Of a stretch of DNA of 64,000 nt, positions 1 to 12,339 are shown piece after piece. Position numbers and translations under genes: made by a program. The DNA is from Leucoraja erinacea (lineage: Eukaryota), in NCBI RefSeq assembly GCF_028641065.1, contig NC_073400.1, positions 5,332,001-5,396,000 of the forward strand. The letters run 5' to 3'. Position 1 is the stretch's first letter. The number at the start of each line of letters is the position of its first letter. A model generated the notes under the pieces. It was not told the origin of the DNA. It was given only the letters and a program-made list of their open reading frames with translations, and made no database searches.

Positions 1-9
1 TATGTTGAA

Positions 10-98
10 GAGAGACACAAGATGCTGGAGTAACTCAGCGGGACAGGCAGCATCTCTGGATGGAAGGAATGGGTGACGTTTCGGGTCGAGACCCTTCT
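10..98 (-). mobile_element. Penelope-like element (PLE) terminal-repeat fragment, hammerhead truncated
   Basis: Matches the window's recurrent repeat (GACACAA..TGCTGGAGTAACTCAGCGGGACAGGCAGCATCTCTGGA..GTGACGTTTCGGGTCGAGACCCTTCT). Confidence 0.75.
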
Positions 99-99
99 A

Positions 100-1633
100 A
101 TTTGTAATCCTTCAGATAAATCATTTCCCCTTGAACAGTGGTACCCAAATACAGAATTCAGTATATGAGCAGTTCCCTCTTTATACAGTATCTATGCCAA
201 TGTATAACAAAGCAACGAAGAAAAGCACCAAACTCCAAGTTTACACAGAAATGCAAGAAACAAACAAACAACAGCAAATAGATCTTGATGCAAGTTAATG
301 GTACTTGCTGGGTGGGCTCTTTACGATAACTTAGATTTGCCACTATATCTTTAGATTGAAATGTTATGCATTGGATCATAAATAGCATCATGGGTCTGTT
401 ACAGTTTTAGGATGCTTCGTGCTCAGGTCAAGGTCGTGTGTCTGTACATATCCTTCACTCCAGCCAAACCGCACCATTGGGGCTAGATGTTCCCGATTCT
501 CAATAGCCCTTCTGTGAAAATGTGCTTCGTAATGTCACTCAGGCGCTGGGCTCTCAGTCTAAGATTACTTTCTTGAGTGATCTCTATCAGGAGGCAGAAC
601 TTTAAATATTCAGGGCATGGAGTCCATCCCGTTTTTTTTTCTCTCACTTTAATTAGAAAAAAAAGTTTCTCTGTGAAATTACAAACAAGATACTTATGTG
701 GGATGTCTTAAAACTACAGTACAGTGTATAATGCAACTGTTTGCATCAACCTAGACTGCAGGAATAGCACTTGGAGTCTGGCAAATATTAACGTACTGGT
801 AGCAGTGTAAGAATTATTACAATATTTAAAAAAAATTAGACCATAAAAAAGTACAGGCGAGTTGCACTATTGAAATCAGCAGCAGCAAACCAGAGCTTAA
901 CCTTACTCCCAATGTCGTTACAGACATCCCTTTACAGTTTGAAGGCTGTAGCTCCTGATATGTTCAAATCAACAGATAGTCATATCCCAATAGGTTTCTT
1001 TCCTTCACACTCTCGCTCTCTCTCGCTCCCTCTCACACACACACACACACACACACTCTGCTATCCTTTCATAGCTAATGTCCATAGTGCAGGTTGTCTA
1101 GTTAATGCAGTTACACAATTGCCTTTAGAAAGTGCAAGCCCTTGTTTTCTGGTACAGTATGCAGCTTCACATCCCTCCGAATGATCGCAAGGAGCAGTCA
1201 GCAGCTTTTCCACTTATTAATAAGGCATTGACATACCAATAAAAAAAATAAGAATTACCAGGCTGGAGATACTAGTTGCATGTGGCTGATGCTACGGGGA
1301 GATCCTCATTACTTGACAGCTATAGGAGCCACGTCCTTCATTTTATAATGTCTCTTTTCAATGGGCAATTGCACAGTTCCATTTAAAATAAAACATTGCA
1401 AATTGTAATGTTCAGGATTTATGCTTAGATTGCTATTCCCCCATTGAAAAGGAATATGCGGTAATTTACTGAACATGTCCAATGGTTCAAAATGGTCCCC
1501 TGGGAGGTGTAGTCCACCTTAGTGCTTTGCAGAGTGTTAACTAAAATGAAAAGCCATGCAGCTAAACTACAGCTCCCAAAATGCCACGCGCTTCCACGCA
1601 TATCCCATATTAAGACAGCGCTGCTCATTGTAA
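100..1633 (-). other. Probable wnt2b 3' UTR / downstream unique sequence (end not defined)
   Basis: Mostly repeat-free, AT-rich sequence after the stop codon, with a (CT)/(CA) microsatellite at ~1010-1058. No unambiguous polyadenylation signal was assigned. Confidence 0.45.
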
Positions 1634-1863
1634 TCAAGTCTGATCCAGCCACTCTGCACGTTTCGGTGCTTTGCAGGTGTGGAAGTCGACTGTCTCCTGG
1701 CATTCCTTGCACTTGACGGCACAGCACCAGTGGAACTTGCACTCGCACTTGGTGACGCGTGCAACCCGCGTTGTGTCATAGCCCCGGCCGCAGCACATCA
1801 CTTCACACCCATCCATGCCCCTGGAGAACTTGTTGCAAACTCTCCCGGCTGTGCCCAAGGACC
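1634..1863 (-). CDS. wnt2b: wnt2b coding exon 5 (230 nt to TGA)
   Basis: TTTTTGCAG acceptor 1872-1864. Encodes [10 protein letters not shown]...[11 protein letters not shown]...[16 protein letters not shown]...[15 protein letters not shown]. The AEWLDQT C-terminus is characteristic of WNT2B rather than WNT2. Exon phases join into one 393-aa frame. Confidence 0.97.
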
Positions 1864-2848
1864 CTGCAAAAAGACAGTGAAGAGGAGATCGTTAACGATG
1901 GGTGGGTCTGGTTTGACATACAAAGCATTCCGCTGGTAACAGAGTCACAGAGAGTCACAGACCACTCTTATCCCAGGAAAAAAATTTACACATTTTCTGT
2001 ATAAACAGAAGAATTGGGGAAATTTGGGGGGGGGGGGGGGGGGGGGGGGAATTGATTCCTATACTTCTTTCATGACCTTCGGAGAAAGACAAACACTTAA
2101 GACCCAGTGAACTTCCCTTGAATTGAGTCATCGTCTTTAAGTAAGAAATGCGATGACTAATTTGGCTTTGTAAGATCCCAGAAGCAGCTATTTGATACTG
2201 ACCAGATAATTCTTTGTAACTATACTCTGAGACAATTTACTTTCTATTTACTAGAAAAAAAAATCCTCTGGCACTGCTATTGGTTTAGATCTACCTTCAG
2301 ATTTCTGGAGTGGAAACAGGAATCTCCATAATTCCAAGCAAGAGTCCTATTTACTGATCCACAGCCAACCAGAGAACATTAAGGTTAATATACTGTGGTG
2401 TAGATGCATGCTTCATAAACCATTCAGTATTGGTATAACCTAGCATTGATATGGACGGCAAACTTTCTGTTAAACATCAATCCATAGGAACATCAGTGGC
2501 AATTAGTCAAGGCTGAGTCGTGCTCAGTAAAGCAATTCCCTTGTATTTAAATGGAATCATAACATGAAATCTTAAGACATTGGAGGATTTGAAAAAGCTA
2601 TTTGTTCCAGGCCAATCCCCCTCATTCTCCCATAGTCTGATTATAGCATGGTCAGCCTCGATTGAAAATATCCTTCTGCCTTACCGAATCTGTTTATTAT
2701 CGTCAACATTTTGAAAATAAAGTTCCTCCTAGTCATCTCTTCCAAATGTATTAATTACTATTATATGCATGTCTCCAGTCGTCGCAGTTTTAACTAATGG
2801 AGCTTAAGGGTGATTAGAAATTAGGCAAGAAACAAAAAATGATCATTG

Positions 2849-3603
2849 AAACATAGAAACATAGAAATTAGGTGCAGGAGTAGGCCATTCGGCCCTTCGA
2901 GCCTGCACCGCCATTCAATATGATCATGGCTGATCATCCAACTCAGTATCCCGTACCTGCCTTCTCTCCATACCCCCTGATCCCCTTAGCCACAAGGGCC
3001 ACATCTAACTCCCTCTTAAATATAGCCAATGAACTGGCCTCAACTACCCTCTGTGGCAGAGAGTTCCAGAGATTCACCACTCTCTGCGTGAAAAAAGTTC
3101 TTCTCATCTCGGTTTTAAAGGATTTCCCCTTTATCCTTAAGCTGTGACCCCTTGTCCTGGACTTCCCTAACATCGGGAACAATCTTCCTGCATCTAGCCT
3201 GTCCAACCCCTTAAGAATTTTGTAAGTTTCTATAAGATCCCCTCTCAATCTTCTAAATTCTAGAGAGTATAAACCAAGTCTATCCAGTCTTTCTTCATAA
3301 GACAGTCCTGACATCCCAGGAATCAGTCTGGTGAACCGTCTCTGCACTCCCTCTATGGCAATAATGTCCTTCCTCAGATTTGGAGACCAAAACTGTACGC
3401 AATACTCCAGGTGTGGTCTCACCAAGATCCTGTACAACTGCAGTAGAACCTCTCTGCTCCTATACTCAAATCCTTTTGCAATGAAAGCTAACATACCATT
3501 CGCTTTCTTTACTGCCTGCTGCACCTGCATGCCTACCTTCAATGACTGGTGTACCATGACACCCAGGTCTCGCTGCATCTCCCCCTTTCCCAATCGGCCA
3601 CCA
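2849..3603 (-). mobile_element. CR1-clade (HER1-like) LINE, 5'-truncated, young copy
   Basis: ORF2 C-terminus RDLGV...LVRPHLEYCVQFWSP...RRLRGDLIETYK...TRGHSL in an open frame, followed by a 3' UTR and (TTCTATGT)n tail. Confidence 0.95.
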
Positions 3604-4289
3604 GTTGAAGTTAGTGTTGGAATATTTTCCATAGGAAATTGAATTGGTAGAAATATATCCTTTGGACAACTGTGTAAACCTTGCGGGGATTTCAACAGAA
3701 TGATACAAAGTGTAAATTGAGGATCAATTATTGAGTTCAGAAGATTGAAAGGTGATGTAATCGGGATATTTCAAACTGGATGTGATATAGATGATAGGAA
3801 GAAATTATTTCTCTTAGTAGGCAGTTGAAGAAAAAGGTGAATGGCATAATCCGAACCGAAAACCAGTTATTCAGGAATGAAATCAGAAATCACATCTTCA
3901 CATAAAGGCTGAAATACTTTTCCTCAAAAGTGCGTGGGCTCTGGTGGGATTTTTCATGAATCAGACCAAAATGTTAATTTCAGTTAATGCCATTGGTCAA
4001 AGATGCATAAATGATCCATGACCTGATTCAAGAGCAAGATTGGGTGCTCTATCGATTCCATGTGATATATTGCAAATTTACACCCAGCAATATTGTACCA
4101 TAAATGGTGAGGAAGAAGGGGGAACATAGAGAAAACAGACTGAGTAGCTAAACATCCATTGTTGGGAAAATACCAACGTCTATTGTAAAGGCTGTCTGAA
4201 CAGGATTCCTGGAAAATATCAACAGGATTTGACAACGTGGACATGGATTTATGAACGACGACCTGCTGATGTTTGTTGAGAATATAGCT

Positions 4290-4609
4290 AGACGTATAGA
4301 TATGGAATAGATAGCCGTGAGTCAACTGCCAGCCCACCAGCCATGAGTGAGTGAGCTGCCAGCACAACAGGCTTGAGTGACTGAGCCGCCAGCCCAAGAA
4401 TCCATTTGGCCCGCAATGTCCATTCTAGCCCTCTGGAAACTAGTCCCTTCAGCCCACAACACCCATACTAGTGCTTCAGAAAGCCCCCCCCCCCCCCCCC
4501 CCCCCCCACCTCACTGACCACCAATATTGGAATTGGTGGAGAGGTGGAATATTGCTTTGGGAGACCAGCCCTCCCGTGTGATGCTGAGACCCAACGGGTC
4601 CCACTTAGT
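4290..4609 (+). mobile_element. Non-autonomous element with a Helitron-like 3' hairpin
   Basis: Short internal repeats (GAGTGA..CTGCCAGC x3), a poly-C tract, and a terminal hairpin TGAGACCC-AAC-GGGTCCCA followed by CTTAGT. Confidence 0.45.
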
Positions 4610-5045
4610 AAGATCATAAAATCATACATCATAAGAGATAGGTAGAATTAGGCCATTCAGCCCATCTACTCTGCCATTCTCTCCCTCCTAACCCCATTTT
4701 CCTGCCTTTTCCCATAACCCCTGACACCAGTACTAATCAAGAATCTATCTATCTCTGCCTTAAAAATATCTATTGACTTGGCCACCAAAGCCTTCTGTGG
4801 CAAATAATCCACAGATTCACCACCCTCTGACTAAAGAAATTCCTCCTCATCTCCTTCTTAAAGGACCGTCCTTTAATTCTGAGGCTATGACCTCTAGTCC
4901 TAGACTCTCCCACTGGTGGAAATGTGCTCTCCCCATCCACTCTGTCCAAGCCTTTCACTATTCTGTATGTTTCAATGAGGTCCCCCCTCATTCTTCTAAA
5001 CTGCTGCAAATAAAGGCCCAGTGCCGTCAAACGGCCCAGTGCCTG
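4610..5045 (-). mobile_element. CR1 LINE 3' fragment
   Basis: FRRMRGDLIETYRIVKGLDRVD...SRTRGHSLRIKG motif plus 3' UTR. Confidence 0.9.
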
Positions 5046-6089
5046 ACAAGTGGACAAAGAACCAATACGTGCACAAGATAAGAACTATTCCACTGCTAGT
5101 CACTTCTGGATTCATGAATAGATTCCAAAGCAGAGCCTCATTCAGTTTGATCAACCTCATGTTCTCCCTTTCATCTTTATCTGGTTGTCACTTGAATGCA
5201 GAATTGGAGAACTCAAGATCGGAACTACTGTAAGAAACCTGAAAGGAAAGTAAAAGTAGAATTTGTTCAACTCTACACAGATGATGATAGTCAATGCTGT
5301 GTTGAGCTGAATAAATTACTGGAATGGGATAGAGACTGCAGTGTTCTGAGTAGACACAAAGGATCTTCCATATTGTGGAAGTTATCGAGAATGTTGTTCA
5401 TGTAAACGAATTGAGATGGCGAGATTGGATAAATATTCGACAAGAGCAACTTGTCATTGTGTTTAATAGTGTGGAAAGAAAATCAAGGTAGGATACAAAT
5501 TACACTGCTTGCTGGCTATCGGCCACTGGAGCCTCCCGACCACAACCAGAGTCATTAACGTGCCTGAGTTGAGTCGTGGATGGAGGGGCTGGTCAGAAGA
5601 GCAGGTATGCTGGGAATTGAGGCTGTTGTTCCAAATGTGCTTTGTTCTTCCTAATGTTCTCATTAGGCATTTCTGGATTATCGCACACAGTTCCCACTTT
5701 ACCAAGCTCGTTTTCCAAATTGAAGCAATATGTGTGTGTTAAATTTAAACATTAGAAAGTCAACATCTGGAGCTGAGTGCATTTTTTTGTCAGATGTGAA
5801 ATCTTTGATCTAACACTTGAATTGATCAGTTGCCACTATGTAGGCTTCTCTTTAGAAGGTGCATTACATTCAAAGCCTGCAAGGCCCGATGGAATTGTTT
5901 GATATGCCAAACCTTCCCCAAGGTGGTCCTGTGAACGTAATGACTCCAATTCTTGCACTTGTGCCAATTTATCATAAGAACCAGCAAATTACAAAGGTTA
6001 CAATACACGCCAGATGCATTGCACTGAAATGATCAACTAGATAGAAGTGTAGGTCTCAGTCCAGCAGAAATTCTTCTGTACCCCAGTAA

Positions 6090-6993
6090 TGGCCCTGTCC
6101 CACTTTCCCAAGTTACTCACGAACTCTCCCGAGTTTTCCCCTTGATTCGAACTCGGGGAATGTCGGGTAATATCGGTAGTGAGCTCGTAGGAGCCCGTAG
6201 GAGTCCGTAGATGTTTCGTAGGGGCTCGTAATGCCAGCCGTAGGAAGTCGGGGCATCAGGTAAAGGGCCTGTCCCACGAGCATGCGACCTGCATGCGACC
6301 TGCATGAGGAAAGCGTGACCAAACCGGAAGCGGGGGCCGCACGGATGTCGAGTGATCCCCGTACAGGGCCGGTCCCACCAGCATGCGCCTGCTTGCGGCG
6401 AGCGCGACCAAACCGAAAGCGGGGGCCGCGCGGAGGTCGAGTGAGTGACGTGAAGTTCGAGCGAAGTCCGCGGGAAGTTTGCGCGTGATGTACGGCGTAG
6501 AGACGCCCTTACGCCGGTTGCAAGCGCGACCTAACGTGGTCGCTTGGGCCGTACAGCTTCGTGGGGCCAGTCCCACTTTGATCGCCGGAGCCGTATGAAG
6601 TTGTGCGGAGCTGGTCCCGACATCGCGCGGGGCGCCGAAAAACTGACCGTGTTCAAAAATTCCGCGCGGCAACGGCGTAAGGGCGTCTCTACGCCGTACA
6701 TCACGCGCAAACTTCCCGCGGACTTCGCTCGAACTTCACGTCACTCACTCGACCTCCGCGCGGCCCCTGCTTCCGGTTTGGTCACGCTTGCCGCATGCAG
6801 GTCGCATGCAGGTCGCATGCTCGTGGGACAGGCCCTTAAGTCGGGACGTTTTTTCAACATGTTGAAAAATGTCCACGAGTTAAAAAAATAGCCCCGAGTA
6901 CCTACGAACGGCTATTACCGAGTTCTCCGAGTTCGAATCAAGGGGAAAAGTCGGGGGAGTTCGTGAGTAACTCGGGAAAGTGGGACAGGGGCT
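6090..6993. mobile_element. MITE, PIF/Harbinger-type (outer element)
   Basis: ~70-bp imperfect TIRs (TGGCCCTGTCCCACTTTCCC.../...GGGAAAGTGGGACAGGGGCT), flanked by TAA at 6087-6089 and 6994-6996. Confidence 0.8.
6264..6836. mobile_element. Nested GC-rich palindromic MITE, PIF/Harbinger-type (inner element)
   Basis: TIRs AGGGCCTGTCCCACGAGCATGCGACCTGCATGCG / inverse, TAA TSD at 6261-6263 and 6837-6839, and long inverted arms. Confidence 0.85.
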
Positions 6994-7029
6994 TAATTCA
7001 TAGCTGGTGCTCTGGTCTAGGCATACAGA

Positions 7030-7404
7030 TAAGAACATAAGAAACTAGCAGGAGTAGGCCAATTAGCCCTTTTAGTTTGCTCGGCCATTCAACAAGATGG
7101 AGGGTAATCCCTCGCTCCTCCCTTGTAACTTAATTGTCTGCCAGCTTTAACTCTAAATATATTCAACAACTCCCCCTCTTCTGTTCTGTGAGGTGCAGAC
7201 CTCCAAAGGTTGGATCCATTATTGGAGGTGTGTCGGACTAGGAGACACAATTTCAGAATTAGGGGATGTCCATCCTGGTGAAAGTAAAACATGTAACTTA
7301 CCGCAATCTTAACTGGGCAACCACTTATTCTAAAATGAAGCCTAGTTATCCTGTCCTAGATATCCTGTTAAAGGGAATCTGTTCAGAATTAATTCTGTCA
7401 ATTT
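7030..7404 (-). mobile_element. Old CR1 3' fragment, interrupted by a V-SINE
   Basis: (ATAAGAAC)n tail, GCAGGAGTAGGCCA 3' UTR and a decayed ORF2 end. Confidence 0.6.
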
Positions 7405-7725
7405 GGGCGGCACGGTGGCGCAGCGGTAAAACTGCTGCCTTACAGTGCCAGAGACCCGGATTCGATCTTGACCAGGGGTTGCTGTCTGTGTGGAGTTTGT
7501 ATGTTCTCATTGTGACTGCTTGGGATTTCCCCGGGTTTTCCTATTTCTTCCCACATTCCAAAGACATGCAGGTTTCTAGGTTAATTGGCTTCGATAAAAA
7601 ATATTAAAAATTGTCCCTAGTGTGTAAGATATGTGTAAGTATGTGTGTATGGGGTGATCGCTGGTCGGCACAGACTTGATGAGCCGAAGGGCCTGGTTCT
7701 GTGTTGTATCTCAAAAGTTTAAAAA
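7405..7725 (+). mobile_element. HE1-like V-SINE
   Basis: tRNA-derived head (GGGCGGCACGGTGGCGCAGCGGTA..GGATTCGATC), V-domain (GGAGTTTGTATGTTCTC..TTCCCACATTCCAAAGAC) and CR1-like tail (GCCGAAGGGCCTG). Confidence 0.88.
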
Positions 7726-8146
7726 ATTCCCCTTAGAATTTCATATGCTTATAAATTGTAATGCTTTAATTTATAGGACAGACGTGCTACTTAAGAGGGA
7801 CGGGTGCTCTGATTTTGAGGAATGAATGCTATGAACTTGGGGTGCAGATGCTCCATGCAGAAGCAAATGTTCTCATCCGGGGGGGGGGGGGGGGGGGGCG
7901 GCTCTGTTTGTTCTTGGTGTACAGAAGCACAGAGCAAGCATGAACTAATGTTAAGGAGCACTGACTGTGGTGTAGGTCACTGATGTTCTGATCTAAGGTG
8001 CAGGAGCTTGGTTTATGGAGCAAATGCTCTAACTTGTGCAGGTGATGTGATATTGGATGCCAGTTGCTCCAATGTAAAAATGCAGATCCTCAGATGTCTG
8101 GGTGAAGGTGTTGCATTTTTAGCGACAAACCAGGGCATGACCTTTA

Positions 8147-8620
8147 TAGGCCTGTCCCACTTAGGCGATTTTTTCGGCATTTGCCGGCGACTGTCATAGT
8201 CGTAGAAGGTCGCATAAAAACCGGCGACTTGCGACAATGTCTACGACAATCTATGACAACCTACCACCTGGTCAACGTCAAGTTACGGGAAGCTACCGAC
8301 AACTGGCGACCCATTAGTACGTCCACCTACGACAACCTACGTCCATCTGCGACAAGCTACGACAAGGTACGAAACATGTCCGCGCAACTGAAGACAACTT
8401 AAGACGATTCAGTTGCCGGTACCTGTCACTGGTTGACGTAGGTAGTCACCAATGGAATTCACCAAAATCAGCCTACGCCATCCTGGCGACAAACTACGAC
8501 AGCACCTATGCCGGGAGGAGTCAAGTTACACTCATTGGCGTCAAGCCCACTATTGCTGACTGTCGGCGAAAGGTTTTGAACTTGTCAAAATCCTGCAATG
8601 GCCTGAAAAACACTACAATC
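8147..8620. mobile_element. Harbinger-type MITE, one TIR visible
   Basis: Starts AGGCCTGTCCCACTTAGGCG (same TIR family as above), with a CpG-rich body of CGACAA repeats. No right TIR found. Confidence 0.6.
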
Positions 8621-8715
8621 AAATTCCACCGAACTAGGGAAATACATGTTGTGATCTGGGGCTACAGATGTTAGAATCAGAGTCATAGAGAAATGCAGCA
8701 GGAGCTTAGTGGCCT

Positions 8716-8848
8716 TACCAACCAACTGTGGGCTGTGGGAGGAAACTGGAACACCTGGAAGAAACCTACACAGTCACAGGGAGAATGTACAAGATCCACA
8801 CAGACAGCACCTGAGGTCAGAATTGAACCAGGATCTCTGGCACTGCAA
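8716..8848 (-). mobile_element. V-SINE 5' part
   Basis: Reverse complement of the V-domain and tRNA head (TGTGGGAGGAAACTGGAACACCTGGAAGAAACC..GGGAGAATGTACAA). Confidence 0.75.
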
Positions 8849-9584
8849 TGGTTTTCTGATTCACTGGTGGAAATGCTCTGACTTGGGAGGAGGGAGTGGC
8901 TCTCTGTTGGGGTGATGAAGAGGCACAAATCCCCTTATCTATCTGGGGGTAGGCAAAGATGGTCTCCTCTCAGGAAACAGATGATGTGATCTCGGAGAGA
9001 AAATTCTCTGAACTAGAGTTTGGTCTTCTCTGAATTACAGATGCAGGTGGACTAATATAGATGCAGAGGTAGATGCGCTGGCATTCTGAGGAAATGCTGA
9101 GAACCTGGGGTATGGTTGTGGTGACATAGTGCTCTTGTCTAGAGAATGAGAAGCTCTAAGCTTGAGGTTCAGATAGTCTGATGTAAGGGCTCAGGTGCCC
9201 TGATGTAGAGGTGCTGGTGGTCTGGGAATCCCGGATGCTCTTATCTACTGGTGTAGATGCACTGAACAAGGTGCAGTTACTCTGATCCTCTTACATGGAT
9301 CTTTAGATGCTCTGTGGAGTGAATGCAGTTATCTTCAGGCAGAGTGTCACAAATGTTTGAAAGCAAAGTTGATGTCTATAAAATATAATAAAAAATGTTA
9401 GTTGACATTCACTATTTAATACCAAGAGCTGCTAATCAGTTTGTTTCTTTGGGTCCACAATGACTATTCCTGGTATCAGACTTTCAGACTAATGTGTGAT
9501 GGTATGCCTGTGTTTCCCAGAACCTAACCATCTGATCTCCACGTGCAGATTATAAAAACACTGCACAATTATGATCTTAGTTCT

Positions 9585-9797
9585 AAGATATGCACAAAAT
9601 GCTGGAGTAATTGTGTGGGACAGGCAGCATCTCTGGAGGGAAAGAACGGGTGACGTTTCGGGTCGAGACCCAAGGGTCCTGGCCCGAAACATCACCCATT
9701 CCTTCTCTCCAGTGATGCTGCCTGTCCCGCTGAGTTAATCCAGCATTTGGTGTCTATCTTTGGTTTAAACCAGCATCTGCAGATCCTTCCAGCACAT
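9585..9797. mobile_element. PLE-derived fold-back (inverted) terminal repeat
   Basis: Two inverted arms of the PLE repeat joined within hammerhead stem II (..GTCGAGACCC|AAGGGTCCTGGCCCGAAAC..). Confidence 0.8.
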
Positions 9798-10104
9798 AAT
9801 ATTATTTCCATCTTTTGTGTCACACTTTTACAAGAGGACTAGGAAAGACAATATCAGTGATGAGTTGATGATGTAGTTGTAACAACTGGAAAATTAAACT
9901 ATATAGAAACAAATTGTACCAAATTTACTGATGCAATATAACTTGCTTTTGCATGACGATTAAAAGTATTAAATGACCTCTTCACTTGTTTTATAAAATC
10001 TCATGCTAAAAATGGCCATAGTTTTCCATAGTAAGTTTTCATTTTAAAATGATGCTGACTCTAACTTTATGACTTTGCTTATGATTATATTTCTTTATGT
10101 CTCT

Positions 10105-10275
10105 CAATAGACAATAGACAATAGGCGCACGAGTAGGCCATTCGGCCCTTCGAGCCAACACCGCCATTCAATGTGATCATGGCTGATCATCCCCTATCAG
10201 CCATAATCACTGATCCTGCCTTTTCCCCATATCCCCTGACTCCGCTATCTTTAAGAGCCCTATCTAGCTCTCTCT
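10105..10275 (-). mobile_element. Short CR1 3' end
   Basis: (CAATAGA)n tail and CR1 3' UTR stem-loop. Confidence 0.85.
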
Positions 10276-11086
10276 ATCTCCATATTCATAACCAGAAATA
10301 CCAGGATCTTACAGCACAGTGGGAGCGAGAAGTTTAACAAATGCTCAGACAAGGTTCACAAATAGCTTGTTATTATTTAGTCAATAACATAAAAAGCACC
10401 AAAGCTTTATCCTGAGCCATCTAACTTTGTATTGTCTTTATTTATCATATGTACGCACTATCGTGTCAAAACCCCAACAAAGATGACTTTTCCTCCACAT
10501 TATTCCTGTGTACAAAGTTAGACTGGAAATGCAAAGGGCAAATTTTAAGATTTATTAAAGTGCTTGAGAGAATACATTTATTTTGTCATACAGCATAAAA
10601 GAAGACTGTTTGATTCATCATGCCTGTGGTGACTCACTGAAAGAACGACCTTATAGTCCCACTTTCAAAGTCCTGGAAAAGTCCCCCTTTTACAAACGCA
10701 CCTTTTAAAGTTACGCCTGCCTCCATTATCTTTAAGGCAGAGCAGGCCAGATCATTGCACAATGCATTAACATTACACTGAAATAATTCTCCTCAATTCC
10801 CCTTGGTTTCTTTTGGAGATGATCTTTAATTTGTGTCGTCTAGTTACAGACCGTGGGCCACTAGGAACAGTTTCTTTAGTAAGCCCCACTTAAAAATCCA
10901 TTCCATTCGATGTATAAACTATGTTAGCATGATAATGATATGATGATTTACTCTGGTTCACAAAAGTAACAAAGGGACACCAATGCAGGATTAGTGGGGA
11001 AAACACAAAGGACGAGTTTCTGCAGTATTGAACTTTCTATCACTAAGAAGCTTGAAAACCAATCATGGCTTTAGTACACATGACCT

Positions 11087-11597
11087 ATAACCATATAACA
11101 CCATATAACAATTTCAGCACGGAAACAGGCCATCTCGACCCTTCTAGTCCGTGCCGAACACATAATCTCCCCTAGTCTCATATACCTGCGCTCAGACCAT
11201 AACCCTCCATTCCCTTCCCATCCATATAACTATCCAATTTTTTTTTTAAATGATAAAAATGAACCTGCCTCCACCACCTTCACTGGAAGCTCATTCCACA
11301 CAGCTACCACTCTCTGAGTAAAGAAGTTCCCCCTCATGTTACCCCTAAACTTCAGTCCCTTAATTCTCAAGTCATGTCCCCTTGTTTGAATCTTCCCTAC
11401 TCTCAGTGGGAAAAGCTTTTCCACGTCAACTCTGTCTATCCCTCTCATCGTTTTAAAAACCTCTATCAAGTCCCCCCTTAACCTTCTGCGCTCCAAAGAA
11501 TAAAGCCCTAACTTGTTCAACCTTTCTCTGTAACTTAGTTGCTGAAACCCAGGCAACATTCTAGTAAATGTCCTCTGTACTCCCTCTATTTTGTTGA
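11087..11597 (-). mobile_element. CR1 LINE 3' fragment (different subfamily)
   Basis: ORF 11230-11634 IEGVQRTFTRMLPG...RRLRGDLIEVFK...TRGHDL, with a (TTATATGG)n tail. Confidence 0.92.
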
Positions 11598-11873
11598 CCT
11601 GTTCAAATAAGGGCTGAATCTGGCTGAGATCCATGGACTATGCAATTACCTGTCATTCTACTACATCTCCATGGCACAATGCCCACTAACATTCATAACA
11701 ATTCCTTCTTCCCCAGCACTGTTCTCCAAACACTGTGTAAAGAAATACAGCCTGGATCGCTCACAACTTTGATTCCCTTCAGTTACTTTGCATCTCCCTC
11801 ACCATATCACAACATTGCAGCCGGAAATTTTACTGACACCACCAAATTAGGAGGCTGGGGAAAAGGAATAGGT

Positions 11874-11903
11874 GACATTTCGGGTCGAGATCCTTCTTCA
11901 GAC
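11874..11903 (-). ncRNA. Minimal type I hammerhead motif in a PLE repeat
   Basis: Minus strand reads GTCTGAAGA-AGGATCTCGACCC-GAAATGTC. Confidence 0.5.
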
Positions 11904-12339
11904 TGAGAGCCATGGGAAATGGAAAACATGTAGATTGGCTCCGTCCGGAGTGGAGTAGTCGTGTCAGTTCCATTTGTCTACTCTTTCCTTCTTGCCCTAA
12001 ATATTAGGTTTAAAGAAAGATCCCTGACTCGAAACGACATCTGTCCATTACCCTCCACAGATGCTGCCCGACCAGTAGGACATTTATTAGCCCTGAAGAT
12101 CTGTGCCAATTCAATCCCCCTTTTTAATTTAGTTTATTGTCTCATGTACTGAGACTCAGTGAAAAGCTTTTTTGAAAAAGTTCTGAATTGAGGTAGTGAG
12201 AGAGCGCTTTATATTCAACATATGTTGTTTAACCTTCCCTTTAAACATATGTGCCTGCTGCATCAACATTGGCAAATAGGAACAACTTTACTATATTTTC
12301 ATAATCTTAACCCAGCTTATTCAGTGAGGTCTGGAAGCA

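Noticed and set aside
1-1600. Exons of syntenic neighbours (st7l downstream, cttnbp2nl upstream) or alternative upstream wnt2b exons
   Set aside because: No recognisable peptide or convincing exon at either end of the window. Small exons or exons hidden in gaps cannot be excluded.
2943-3695. 250-aa ORF as a host gene
   Set aside because: It is the CR1 ORF2 C-terminus. The first ~30 codons are chance read-through of flanking intron.
6256-6891. Overlapping ORFs on both strands sharing the peptide RRKGVSTPYITRKLPADFARTSRHSLDLRAAPA
   Set aside because: A consequence of the MITE's inverted arms and high GC content, not coding.
7405-7470. tRNA genes at SINE heads (also 19846, 41936, 59774, 61603)
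   Set aside because: The A/B boxes continue into the V-domain and LINE-derived tail, with no complete cloverleaf.
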